A stretch of DNA of 64,000 nt from Podarcis muralis (Eukaryota): the NCBI RefSeq assembly GCF_964188315.1, contig NC_135658.1:42718001-42782000 (forward strand), given 5' to 3'. How positions within the stretch are numbered: position 1 is the stretch's first letter; each line of letters opens with the position of its first letter. Below, one piece after another: positions 37,613 through 50,098 of the stretch. Below the pieces are notes generated by a model. That model saw nothing but the letters and a program-made list of their open reading frames with translations, was not told where the DNA came from and did not search any database. A program made the translations under genes and the position numbers.

Positions 37613-40594
37613 GAAACTATCTTACTGTATTTTGTACCCAAGAGTATTGTAGCTGTGTTCTCTTTGCTGCTGCAAGGAATAAGGCATGAATCAGACCTTT
37701 GGATTGAGTAAGTAAAGCTTTTAAACTTACTTAACAGTGTATGGTCTGTTCATTGCCAGAGGGTTAGAGAGGGGGGGCAAGTGCTGCAAGCACACTAAAT
37801 GGGATATGAAAAGGGGTCTAACAATCTATATTCCCACATTACGCTACTGCTTAACTCTGTGACCATTTAAAACTTTGCTGGGGACTCTCTCCCTCTGGAG
37901 AGTGTGTTAAGCCCTATGTTTTGAATCCAGGCATCCTGCCAATTTTTTCTTTGGTTAATTACTCACATGTGGGTCACAGATCCTATTTTCCTCCCACACA
38001 AAAGGTGCAGAGGAAAGTGAACCAAGTGAAAACCAAATGTCATGTAACAGCTGATTGGGTAATGTGCGGAATTAGATATGATATATGTAATTGACACATC
38101 AGAATCCTGCCATTCCTTCTCACCTCCTTCAGGCCTTTAAACTCAGCTCCTTGGAGCTTGCATCATGTTAATACTTTACCTCATGTGATGAAAAGTATCT
38201 CTATTTACTTTTCACCACAGGCCTTGACATGTCCTGAAAAGGTTTCAGCAGAGCCAGGACAAAAATATTTCTGGGGGGAAAATGGGACCAATGAGCTTGC
38301 CATGTACACCTGCTGTAACTGGACCGGTGTTCCAGGGAAAGTGTAGGTAATTTTCCTACTTGGGACATAAATATATATATTTAATGGTTCTCATAAATGC
38401 GCTCATGTAAAATGGGTGGTTTGTGTATGTGTGTGTGCCATTATCACACAATACTTAAAGGAGGCTGTTAGCAATCCAGTTCCTCTCTGGGTTACAACTT
38501 AGAGGAGGATTTCTTTATATTTATTACTTATATTTATAAAACTTTAAATATATTTACAGAAATATACAAATATTTACAATTATTTTGTGATGTCTACCTG
38601 TACATCTATCTGTATTGATATAATAATGTAGTAATTATCCATCTATATTCTTTTATTTGTTATTAGAATTTGAATGCCACATTTCAGTGTTCAAATGTCC
38701 CCAAACCACTCACATCAAAAGCACAGAACAACACAACACAATCCATTCATTCATTCTGGCCTTAATCCAAGCGAGAGTTAGGCGTTCTTAAAGTCCATGC
38801 AACTTAGGTTGCCTTCAGTCAACCTACTTATGGTGCACTCACCCTGTTTTGTTTGCACAAAGTTTGCAGGAGGTTCAACAATGTTGGCTTTTTGTAACTG
38901 AGCATTTGTTCTGAATTGTCTGCAGAGAGAGTAAATGACATTTTGTCAAGCAAATGCTACCCATACCGTCCAGTGAATTTTCCTGTCACTTACCTTATTG
39001 TAAAACGACCGGATTGTGGGAAGTGTGTTTATTGTTCCAAATCAGCTTTAATTGTACAATTTGAATTTGCTAGGGATGACTGAATCATACCTGAAAATGG
39101 CCTGGAAGCATCCTGCCACTATCTGCGCCCACCCACCCCCAATCCAACTCCTGTGTACAGTATTGGTATCAACAGTATCAATCAGTATCACAATCTCCCC
39201 AGTATCAACAACAGGGGAGATTGTGGGAAAAGTGGGATTTGCCTGTTAGAAACTATTAAAGAAAAAGAAGTGTTAACAGAATGGGTAGGGTGGATAAAAT
39301 TGTGACTTTCACAGATTAGGAGGGTGAGGAAAAGCCCAGAGCCTGCCTTGAGGCATGATTTGGGGTATCTGCCTATTTGAGAGTGATGCATCAGTCCTGC
39401 ATGTGATCCTCATATGGGCTAAGCAAAGCTTTTCGGAAAATTATTTTGTAAAGCAAAATAATTGTAAAGCAAAAAGAAATTAAACGGTTTTTCCAAAATC
39501 AAAGGGAACCAAAGACTGGTTAGCACAATGCACCCAGTATTTGCAAGCTTTGTTATAATGCCAAGTATACCACGGGATGTTACAACAGAAATGGCAGTTA
39601 ACATAAATTAGACATGGTTTAAGAGGCAGACGGAAAAATTTTCAGAGGAGCTTGAAAAGTGATGCCTCAAACTGTTTTCAAAGGCCTGTATTTGTTTTCC
39701 CCCTACATCTGAAAAGAAAAGAGGGCAGACATGGAGGAAAATTGATTCTAAAATGTGGGTTGTTGTTTTTAAAATAAAAATAAAAATAAATGAGGAATTA
39801 TAATTTGACTAGCATTTGGCAATCGTTCCTTGAGCTTTCAGATGAAGGACCTAGGAGTATATTGATATATGATGGCCATGAGCACTTTTAAATCCGACTA
39901 ATTTCCATGAGAGCATGTACTTAGACTCAGAGGTGTAGTAGTCTGGGGTCAATGGGTTGGGGTTTGCTGACCTCTTACTATTTCTGCAGCCTCTTCCAGA
40001 GCCATCCAATCAGCATGCAGACTTTTCAGCAGCTGAGAAGAAGCCCTCTCACCCCTTGTGCTGACTGAAGCCAATCAGAGCGGAAGCAGATGAGTCAGCC
40101 ACGGAGGATTGGCTCCTAGGTTCACTCTGCAAAAGGTGTGTGGGAAGAACACCAAGAAGCAGTTGTCCTGTAAGAATCCTAAGCTAAGCATTTAGGAACA
40201 CTGGAAACACGGGGTGCTTCAGGAGAAGGGTGCGCAAGGTCCGCTATATGCCATGGAGCTTTGAGGGGAAACGCAGCTTAAGTCACTCCAAAATAAAATA
40301 TTGCAGCACTCTGATTAATTGGCCTGTTTATGTGCACAGGAAATAGTAGATCTAGCTGAAAGGACACTCCTGGAGAACTGCTTTGATGGTTGCAATGCAT
40401 CCCTAGTTATTATTATTGTATAATTACAGGATTATTGTGTTATCTTAGAAGGAGACAAGGCAGTAAGGGTGTGTGGCTGCGATGGGGCAATGGTTAACAT
40501 GAAGAGCCCCTGCACATCTGAATTTGCCACTACGCTACCACTTATACCTCTGATTTAAATAAATAGGAATAAAAAGTTCTTAAGTCAACCATAC

Positions 40595-40608
40595 TGTGTG
40601 TGTGTGTG

Positions 40609-40644
<36 letters not shown>
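40595..40644. repeat. (TG)8 CGCG (CA)15 palindromic microsatellite
   Basis: Directly visible. Confidence 0.95.
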
Positions 40645-40647
<3 letters not shown>

Positions 40648-41924
40648 TGGAAATGGCTCCATTCTTTGGCACATATTTCCTGATTATTTTATTGAGCCTG
40701 TCAGCTGGGGGAGGGCTCTCAATGTGCCCTGTTGACTTGTCCCCAAATTGGTAAAACTGCTGAGCACTTTCATAGTAAGCAGTGCTGTGTGTCCTGTGTG
40801 TGGGTGTGGGTATGTCTTGGAATAGCGTGCTGATCTTGAAGTTGTTTGCTAAATGTTGGCTCTTCATTAACTATATAACTTGCAAAACTTTTTAGCATGT
40901 CTCTTCTTCCATTAAAAACTCATGAATGCTTCTTTGCGCTTGCAGAATTGAGCTGGAATTTACATTCATTCAGAAGTTCACAAGCGAGAATTCTGTATAT
41001 CTTCTTGAAAGTCATCATACCCTTGGCTAAAAAAAAAAAGAAATAAATAGAAAAGAAAAATGAACCTTGCCTGTTTTTGCTTCTTTCAGAAAAGGAAATT
41101 CATTAGTCATGTGTTCTAGACATATTCTGGGAGTGATATCAAACACACATTCTTACCAATGTTATTTTCTGCTGGTTTGAAAAGAAGCAAAGCACAGTGG
41201 TGACTTCAAACTTTACATTTAACATCATTATTTTATTATTTTATTTTCTAAAAAGACAATCAATGATGCAGGCAAATAATTAAATTCTAAACCATATTTC
41301 AGCTGAGCTATTGGGCTTGCAAAATGGGCTGGGGGTCAGTTAGCACATATATTGACCTTCAAGCCATCTCAGAAAAGGGCACCTTCAAGGGCATCTTAGA
41401 AAAGTTCTCTTCTGTAAGCTCTCCATATCTTTGGTTCCCATATGGAAGACGGACATGTTATGCTTGCATTGTTGACAGCATAATGTATAACAAGTTGCAG
41501 GGTTCCCACGGCAGGAGGTGGTGATTGCTGAACAATAGGAGTGCAATAAAGAATAGTCCTTCTAATCAATATCCTGCCCAGACACTGAGTCAAGTGGCAG
41601 TCCTGGCCTATCTAAAACATCTGTAGCGTTTGTTAGTTTTTCATTTGTTTAGTGATAACGTTCATTTTCCTGAGGCAATAAAACTCAGGGACTATCACCT
41701 CTGTGTGTTTTTCTCTCTACAGCTTGTTTCAGCTGATTCTGTCCCAGCTTCTACTGAGAGATCACAGTAATTTGCTCTCCGACACTTTGAGCTGAATGCG
41801 ATGCGATTTACAATATTGGCTATCTTCAGACATTTACCAAAACAGGTCAGGTGAAGTGGTAGAGAGGAATGTACTAGCCCTGCCACCCAGTAGCTGATGG
41901 TGTGGTGGCATGCTGTCACTCACC

Positions 41925-42497
41925 TGACCTCCAGCTGGCTGGCTACATCACTGTCCTTATGGGGAGGCAGAGGGGAAGTAGTGAGGTTGGCATGGTGCAA
42001 ACACGGCCTGGTGCTCCTGCGGCCTCGGACCCTCGTACCTACAGGACTGCCTCTCCTAGTATGCCCCATGGAGGACCTTAAGGTCCACAAATAACAGCAC
42101 TTTGTAGGTCCCAAGCCGCAAGGAGGTTAGATTGGTCTCAACTAGGGCCAGGACCTTTTCAGCACTGGCCCTGACTTCGTGGAACGCTCTGTCACAAGAG
42201 ACTAGGGCCCTGCGGGGCTTGACATCTTTCCACAGGGCCTGCAAGACAGAGCTGTCCTGTCTGGCCTTTGGTTTGGACTCGGTCTGACCCTTATGTTTCC
42301 CTCCCCTTATGGGCTACCATTAAAATGAGGCTGCATTTTAAATTGTATTTTAACCTGTATTTTAATAAACTGGTTCTTGTTTTGTTTTGTTTTGCCCCGC
42401 CCCATTATGTTTTATTGTAATTTTATTGGTGTTAGCTGCCCTGAGCCTGGCTCTGGCCAGTGAGGGAGGGATATAAATAAAATTTTATTATTATTAT
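41925..42497 (+). mobile_element. L2 LINE 3' end
   Basis: Degenerate RT C-terminus (gacctcgtacctacaggactgcctctcc...ccaggaccttttcagcactggcc...tggaacgctct) and tail gctgccctgagcc...ataaataaaattttattattatt. Confidence 0.7.
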
Positions 42498-45112
42498 CTG
42501 TTTGTGCTGGGCCAATCCTCCCACTGTCTCACTCGTCTACCTCCCAATAAGCAGCAGCAATGCGACGGACTGAATATCAGGCGAGGAATGCCATTCCACT
42601 CTGCCATCCCCTACTCCCTGCTCCATCATCACTCCCATTGCTCTCAATTCCTGGAGGAAAAGCAAAGAGCCTTGTGCGTTCACTTATGCATGCATTTGGA
42701 TTTCTGGGAAACCAGGGTTCTAAAACATGCAAGGAAGTTCTATGAGCAAAAAAGGTTCCCCGCTTTGCATAGCTGCCCTCCACAGGCTGAGGGTGATGGG
42801 AATGACAACGAGGGGGGCAGAGCTAGCTTTGTCACCCCCACTGCCCCATCCCCAAGTGTTTTCATAACTTCTAGAAGTAACACCTGACTTGGGATTTGGT
42901 TACACAATTAGAACCGGTCTGAGTAAGATTGCCCAGAAGTACCTATCTATCACCATGATAGATAGCCTGCTGAACTTTAAAACAACACAACAACAACATC
43001 ATAAAAAGTTATAACCCACTTTTCACCACCTGGCTCCCAAAGCAGCTCACAACAGTTGTGCTTCTCAGTTATGTGAAGATGGCTTCTGGCTGCACCAATT
43101 TTGAGATCAACCGCAGCTTGATGGTGCAAGTGAAATTCTGCCTAGGCTAGCTATTGGTGTAAACATTCCTTTTTAGTTTGTGATTATATGTCAAAGCTTG
43201 AGCCAGGCTTAATCCTAGGTGGGACTGTGGTCTTCCTTCCGCTACCCCACTCACTCTGAGCTGATGCACTTTGATAGCATCATGCACTGTCTGAGAAATG
43301 TGGATTTCAAGGGCTGTGGGGGTCATGAGAACAGGCCCCTGCTCTCCTCGCCCTGCGAAGGTTGATGTTCGAGCCCCACAGGCCACTGCTTTGATGCATG
43401 CCACTGCCACGCTGAAATTATCTGCTGCTAAAAAAGGCAAGAACGCAGACATGAAAAATCTAATGAATTTTATCCTGAGCAAAATGTTTCCATGAGACTG
43501 CAGAAGCCCGTTACAGAGGGCATTGCGAACTACTTGGTTTCCAGTAGAAAGCTAAGAAAAACAACATTCATTTAAATGGCTTGACAAAATGCTGCGTTTC
43601 TGTTTGGTCAGATCCTGCTCTCATCACCCTGCCTGAAGGATTGAGGACAAAAATGACCATATGTCATTTTTGATGGGGGTGGGAGGGAGCAGCTGTGCCA
43701 AGTGGTTTTTGGCAACTCGGTCTAGACCAGCTTCTTTTCAAGCTGCAGGAAATCTGCACAAATTGGGCAGGTTGTGCAAAGCACTTTCTGTCTGTAGTAT
43801 TGTTTCATGCTCAATGGATTGTAACATTGGCACGGTGATCTTCTGCTCTCATTGATCTATAACCCAAAGCTGCAGCATGTCAATCACTTCCAAATACACA
43901 ATAAAAGGATGCCCCACAGAATTAGGATGTCAGGGGTTGAATCATGGAAAATGCACTGGTTTTTGTAAGTTTGACTTCCTGTTACATCCAGACCTTGATG
44001 TTTCTTTCTGCTTTCCTTCTTGAGGAGACATCAAGACGTGTTGAGCTTTTAGTCATCCCACCAAACATCCTGAGTTATCCTTGCCCTTGTGTCAATGTAT
44101 GTGTTGAGGGGCAGCTGTCTCCAGGTTGAGAAGGAAGGTCTGAAGGGTGCTTGAAAGTGTGGTTGGTTGGAGGAATTTAAGAGTCCTCCTCACAGTCAGG
44201 AATCCTGATTGTGCAAGGTCTTTGACCACAGGGAGGACTGAAACAGCTTAAAACACCTAACCATTGCAGGGGGCCTGTGCCAACTCAAGCAGGTAGAGCA
44301 GAAGGCAGGGAGACTAGCGGTAGGTGGAGCCACAGCCAGTGACTGGCTGAGCCAAGTAATTCTAGCATTGTCCCCATCCTTCCTGTTGAAGAAGGAGGGC
44401 AACACTGAGGAGCACGGTGACAGGCACTGCCACCCTTAGTCTAGATGCAAGCAAGAAGGCAAGTGGGGGCTGGCTGGCTAAGGGCAGACCGAAGTTGGGG
44501 AGATTGTGATCCATTCACCTTAAAGGAACAGCCTCCACTGCTTGCAATCCTGCGCAAGTCCTTCCCGCTCAGTGCAGAAAGGTCAGTCTGTTGCCTCTCC
44601 ATGGATGCAATTTAAGAATAGTTGAATACGGATGCTTGAATGGAACAGGTGTGGGAAACCTCTGGCCCTGCAGATGCTGCTGAACTGTAATGCCCACCAG
44701 CCCCAACAAGCATGGCCAATGGCCAGGGATGACGAGAATTAAAGCTCAGCAATATCTGGTGGGCCAAAGGTTCCCCCACAGCTGCTCTAAACAGCTCTAT
44801 TCTTTTGGGTGAAGAGGGTAGTCTTCTGCTTCCAGTCTTCAGCTTCCTAGTCAACCATTGCTTCCTAGCATGGATTGTCCTATGAGTGCCATCGCAAGTG
44901 CCCCAGACTCTGAACTTTCATTAAAAAACAAACCAACTCTACGTCTCTTGCCATCCTAGAAGGAATGTTTTGGGGCAAAATGTGCAAGTAGCTCAAAAGA
45001 GATTTCTGTGAGTCTCCCCGTATCTGCGGGAAGGCCTGACGGGGCTTCTCGCATGTGGAAACTGTTACATAGAAACTGAAAAAGTAGATTTTCTTGGGCT
45101 GGAGCTGGATAA

Positions 45113-45160
45113 AAACAAACAAACAAACAAACAAACAAACAAACAAACAAACAAACAAAC
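45113..45160. repeat. (AAAC)n microsatellite
   Basis: Directly visible. Confidence 0.95.
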
Positions 45161-45224
45161 ATGTCCCTAACTAGTGCCAATGATTGACTGTGGAATCTTC
45201 TGCATGCACGACATGTGTCCACTA

Positions 45225-45461
45225 CAGTGGTACCTCGGGTTAAGAACTTAATTCGTTCTGGAGGTCCATTCTTAACCTGAAACTGTTCTTAACCTGAAGC
45301 ACCACTTTAGCTAATGGGGCCTCCCGCTGCCGCTGTGGCTGCGCGATTTCTGTTCTCATCCTGAAGCAAAGTTCTTAACCCGAGGTACTATTTCTGGGTT
45401 AGCAGAGTCTGTAACCTGAAGCGTCTGTAACCTGAAGCGTCTGTAACCTGAGGTACCTCTG
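45225..45461. mobile_element. Tc1/mariner MITE, same family
   Basis: TA|CAGTGGTACCTCGGG...GAGGTACCTCTG|TA. Confidence 0.85.
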
Positions 45462-45528
45462 TACTACCAAAGAGCTATGTTTTCCCCACCAGGGCAGGAA
45501 GCTTCTGCAGAGAAATCCTCAAAACATT

Positions 45529-45566
45529 GTATCTGAAGAAGTGTGCATGCACACGAAAGCTCATAC
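45529..45566 (+). ncRNA. Minimal type-I hammerhead ribozyme (Penelope-like element), copy 1
   Basis: GUAU-CUGAAGA-A-GUGUGC-AU-GCACAC-GAAA-GC-UC/AUAC: core boxes CUGANGA and GAAA, 6-bp helix II, helix I GUAU:AUAC, predicted cleavage after C45562. Confidence 0.8.
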
Positions 45567-45623
45567 CAAGAACTAACTTAGTTGGTCTTTAAGGTGCTAC
45601 TGGAAGGAATTTTTTGTCAAAAC
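45529..45623 (+). mobile_element. Penelope-like retroelement terminal-repeat fragment
   Basis: 87 nt identical to 48430-48516; hammerhead followed by ...taaggtgctactgga, recognised from memory as typical of squamate Penelope-like termini. Confidence 0.65.
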
Positions 45624-45760
45624 ATCCTGTTTGCTTGACTTCTAGAAAACAACTACCATGAAATCTTCATCCTGCCATCATCTCTCCTACGATAATAATG
45701 GGACTGAGACCATTGAAAGGAGAGGTTGGAACTGCTCCCTGGAGAAGTCCCTTGCAAAAT

Positions 45761-45967
45761 CAGTGGTACCTTGGGTTAAGAACTTAATTCGTTCTGGAGG
45801 TCCATTCTTAACCTGAAACTGTTCTTAACCTGAAGCACCACTTTAGATAATGGGGCCTCCCGCTGCGATTTCTGTTCTCATCTTGAAGCAAAGTTCTTAA
45901 CCCGAGGTACTATTTCTGGGTTGGCGGAGTCTGTAACCTGAAGCGTCTGTAACTCGAGGTACCACTG
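45761..45967. mobile_element. Tc1/mariner MITE, same family, TSD decayed
   Basis: CAGTGGTACC...GGTACCACTG, colinear with 45225. Confidence 0.8.
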
Positions 45968-46480
45968 TGTATCACTGAGCTGCAGAATATCCCCAGGCTG
46001 GCAGGGAGCATGTGCCCAGCTTAGTCCTCATCAACAACACCTCCTCGTTGACTTTTAACACTTCCTTATCACTTGCTGGTTCACCTCCCAGAGGTTCTGA
46101 TTAAATGCCATCCCCAGTGGAATCTCCTGACCCAGTCTCTTGAGAATGCAACAGCTTTAGAGGTGGAACTGAAGCTTCCTAGCCTGGAAAGGGAATGATC
46201 CCTGTGGGTGGTTGGGAGCAATATGATCCATCTTCCTGTACCGCAGGATACTTAAAGTATCGTTGTCTTTATATCCACTTTTTAACTTCCAGTGATGGAC
46301 ACAGACAACTTCCCTAGGCATTTTGTTTCATCGTACAGCTATATTTCTTGTCTCCCACTAACTGTATTCACATCAACCGGGAGGGTTTGGCTTTGTTACT
46401 TTCACATTCTCCTACTTTACCCTTCATGCTCTACTCTTGTAAATCTCTTCATACTCTTTGGCATAAAATAATCGCCCCCT

Positions 46481-46880
46481 CATAGAATCATAGACTTGTA
46501 GAGCTAGAAGGGACCCTGAGGGTCATCTAGTCTAACCCCCTGCAAGGCAGGTATCTCAACCAAATCACCCATGACAGATGGCCATCCAACCTCTGCTTAA
46601 AACCTCCCAAGGAAGGAGAGTCCACAACCTCCCAAGGGAGACTGTTCCACTGTCAAACAGCTCTTCCTGTCAGGAAGTTCTTTCTGGTGTTTCATTGGAA
46701 TCTTCTTTCTTGTAACTTGAATCCATTGGTTTGGTTCCTACCCTCCAGAGCAAGAGAAAATAAGCTTGCTCCATCTTCCCTGTGACAGCCCTTGAGATAT
46801 TTGAAGATGGCTATCATATCTCCTCTCAGTCTCCTCTTTCCCAGACTAAACATACCCAGTTCCCTCAACTGTTCCTCATA
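46481..46880 (-). mobile_element. CR1 LINE 3' end
   Basis: Minus ORF YEEQLRELGMFSLGKRRLRGDMIAIFKYLKGCH (CR1 ORF2 C-terminus) and (ATTCTATG)-type tail catagaatcatag. Confidence 0.85.
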
Positions 46881-47571
46881 ATGCACTTAAACTGCAGTGC
46901 TTTGCGCACTTTTCTGGGAGCAAGCCCCATTGAATATTTGCTCTGTGGGCAATGGCCTTCTGTTTTTTCCAAACCAAGTTTTTTCTCTCTAAAAAAAATA
47001 ATAATGCAACTTTTATGGTTCCAATGCCATTGAAACCCAGTGGTGAACTCTTATTAAACATACACAAATCCAATTGCAAATATCACCTCTTAAATCATAT
47101 CAAATTTGCAACACAGCCAGTAGTCTAAATCTTGGATGAATGGGCTTGCAGGGGGGGAAAGTCCTAACAGTACAATCCTGTGCTTTTATGTAAGGCCTAC
47201 TCTGAAGTAAATTCACTGGAACTTACTTTCAGGTAGCTGTGTATAGGATTGCAGCCAAAGTTAATTTAGGATAGACATGTAGATCTAAATACATGGCTGG
47301 ATTTATGTAAGGGAGCACATGGATTCCAATGGACATTCAGTAAACTGATCAAAGGACTTTGTAAGCCTTTGTACATTGCCTGTCATTCCAAAAATGTATG
47401 AGGGCTGTAAAAAGGGATGGCTCCCAATATGCTTAGTTATTAATCATCCTCCCAGATATAGGTGGCATATCAGGTTGCATTGACCCAGTAGAATATATGA
47501 TAGCACATTTGCTGGAACTATGAAGGCAAAGCTGATTTTAAGATATTTGTAAAAGGAGAACAGAACACTGT

Positions 47572-47631
<60 letters not shown>

Positions 47632-47939
47632 CTGGTCTCTTCAGCTGCTTGGCCTGAAAATGGAAAGCCCAAAGCATTTCGAATTCCTGGAGTCTTTTGT
47701 CGCTAATGCTTTGCAGGAGGCTTTACTGAGCACCAAGCATCTGGGAGAAATTACAGGAATGTTCTCTTGTCTGCATAGATTTAGGGGAATGGTGCCACTG
47801 GGTGGAAGGGTCAAGAAGAAGGTGGAAATGGACAAGAGAATGAAGGAAGCAGGAAGGAGAGAGACAACTGTCAGCAGAACGAAGAAATAAAGGAAGCGAA
47901 AGTAATTCAAATCACAGCAAACATAAGACAGATGTAAAA

Positions 47940-48092
47940 AGGGCTTTTTCAGGGGGAATTCACAGGAACTTGGTTCCGGCACCTCTCAGGTGAGTTCTGG
48001 AGCCTCTCAGGTGGGAGCCATTGCCATTCTAAGAGAAGGAGGTGGTGTTCACGGTGAATTCTGGAATCTCTTTTTCTAAAAAAACAGCAATG
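47940..48092. mobile_element. hAT-like MITE with related termini
   Basis: agggctttttcag...ttccggcacctctcaggtg...tttctaaaaaaacagcaatg. Confidence 0.55.
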
Positions 48093-48429
48093 GATGTAAG
48101 AGTGGTAAAAAGCAGTCAAGAGGCAAGAAAAGATAAGGAACCAAGAGTCAAAAAGATGAATTTTAATATAAGCCTAATTTTACAGATTAATTAAAAAGAA
48201 TCATGCCTGGCGTCCTTCCGAAATTCAAAGCAATTTAAGAGAAAAAGCAGATCATATTTGAATTCACTTAAAATATCTAAGTATTGTTCCATGTTCCCCA
48301 CTTCTCTCAGCGATGAAAAGTTTTCATGGTAGTCCTACAGGTTTTAATTCTTTTGTTGAAAAAGCACTGGCGGTGTTTTTCTAATATTGATTTACAAGCA
48401 TACAAGCAGAACATGGTGGAAACAAAGCA

Positions 48430-48467
48430 GTATCTGAAGAAGTGTGCATGCACACGAAAGCTCATAC
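48430..48467 (+). ncRNA. Minimal type-I hammerhead ribozyme (Penelope-like element), copy 2
   Basis: Identical to copy 1; predicted cleavage after C48463. Confidence 0.8.
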
Positions 48468-48560
48468 CAAGAACTAACTTAGTTGGTCTTTAAGGTGCTA
48501 CTGGAAGGAATTTTTTTTGTTTTGACTATGGCAGACCAACACGGCTACCTATCTGTAACT
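48430..48560 (+). mobile_element. Penelope-like retroelement terminal-repeat fragment (longer copy)
   Basis: Same 87 nt plus continuation gttttgactatggcagaccaacacggctacc. Confidence 0.65.
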
Positions 48561-48877
48561 AGTACTCCAACAGCAGGCTGCAAATTTGCTAATCTTGTAT
48601 TAGAGTCCAAAGAGCACCCAATATGTTTCATCTTTAGCCCAGTGACAGTTCTTTACATTATCTGTATTTCTGTATCTGTTTTTTCCTAAGTTCAATCTAC
48701 AAACAGGTTTTTAACTGTTTCTGTGCCACCTCCCACTAGCTGGGGGATGTCCTCTCCTCCAAACTCAAGGCTGGAGAGAGATTCCCCGCAATCAGATGGA
48801 CATCTGTTGTTTACTCCCATTGCTAACTGTCTGATGGGATTCTAAGAAGGAGGTAAATATATAAGTTCTTGTATAAC

Positions 48878-49051
48878 CAGTGCTTTTTTCTGGGGGGATG
48901 TAGGGGTACGCATACCCCTAAACATCTTGTGAATCTTTGTACTTTTGTCCATTTACTGTATTTATTTTTCCCAATTTGAACTATAAAATAGTGATTTTCT
49001 TGAGTCAAAATGAGAGTACCCTTAAACATTGTTAAAGAAAAAAAAGCACAG
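48878..49051. mobile_element. hAT MITE, 174 bp
   Basis: TIR CAGTGCTTTTTT / AAAAAAGCACAG with perfect 8-bp TSD TGTATAAC; inverted sibling at 57740-57914. Confidence 0.85.
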
Positions 49052-50098
49052 TGTATAACTATACATTTGTATTCAAGAAGACTTTAGTGGAGTGATAAAC
49101 ATTTCTTTGGTGGAGAGTGTGGATTTGATTCTGCATGATGTTTAATTTTTGATGATATCCCAGCAAGGAGTTTTATCATCACAACAATCTTGTGAAGTGG
49201 ATTAGGGTTCATCCACACTTTCGCTTGACCAGCTTTGATTGTACTGTGTACCTATTAATGCCCCTGGCTCCAAGAGCTTTTCTTGTTGTTCTGTAGCTGT
49301 GCCTTGCTAAATATTGACCTTATCCATGGAATTGGATCTTATCAGATGCTTTGCTTAACCAATCAATTCAGTGGGTAAGATCGGATTTTCACAAGGCAAC
49401 AAGAAAAGCTCTTGGACCCCAGGGGAATTAAATAGTAAACAATACAATCAAAATACGAGGGAAAGTTAAGTGTGGATGAGCCCTCAGACTCAGCAAAAGG
49501 GTCTTGCCCCAGGATCTTAGATACAAGCTTGTCTGTCTGCTGGCAGCTTTTAAAAAAATTATTATTATTTATTAAGGGTGGCCTGCCTTGGAGCAGGATG
49601 GGGGTGAGGGAAGCAAAACACAATGATGCAATAAACACTTTGGGTGTGGCGCAAAATTGTCAGGGACACAGGGCACTTGAGTCCTTTGGCTGATAGAGAA
49701 CCGGAGCAGTGGCTTGTAAGCAGCAGGTCTCTGTGAAACGGTTCCCAAAGACTTTGTGCCAATTTCAGCACACAATGTTATCACTAGGAGCCAGCACACG
49801 GCCAGGCCTGCTGTGTTCACACAGTTTGGCCACCGGGGATTCAGCAAGTCCTTACAGATCTCAGCTGTTCATACTCCGGCTTCCTGGTTCTTGATGGCAA
49901 AGGACTAAGGAAAACCCTTTCTTCTCTGGTAACCCTTAGGGACTTATCATTCCTTGCACAAAAGCTGCAATTATCACCAGAATGTGAAACTGAGTGCCCA
50001 TCTCCCACCTTTTGAATGCTTATACTCTTTTCATGATCATAACTTCTGTTGGTCATATTGGTTCAGTTAGTCGTTTAGTTGTTTGTATCTGTTCAGGT

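Noticed and set aside
18127-45967. Recurrent near-identical 200-bp units suggesting an array
   Set aside because: Dispersed TIR elements with TA TSDs (MITEs), not CRISPR or tandem arrays
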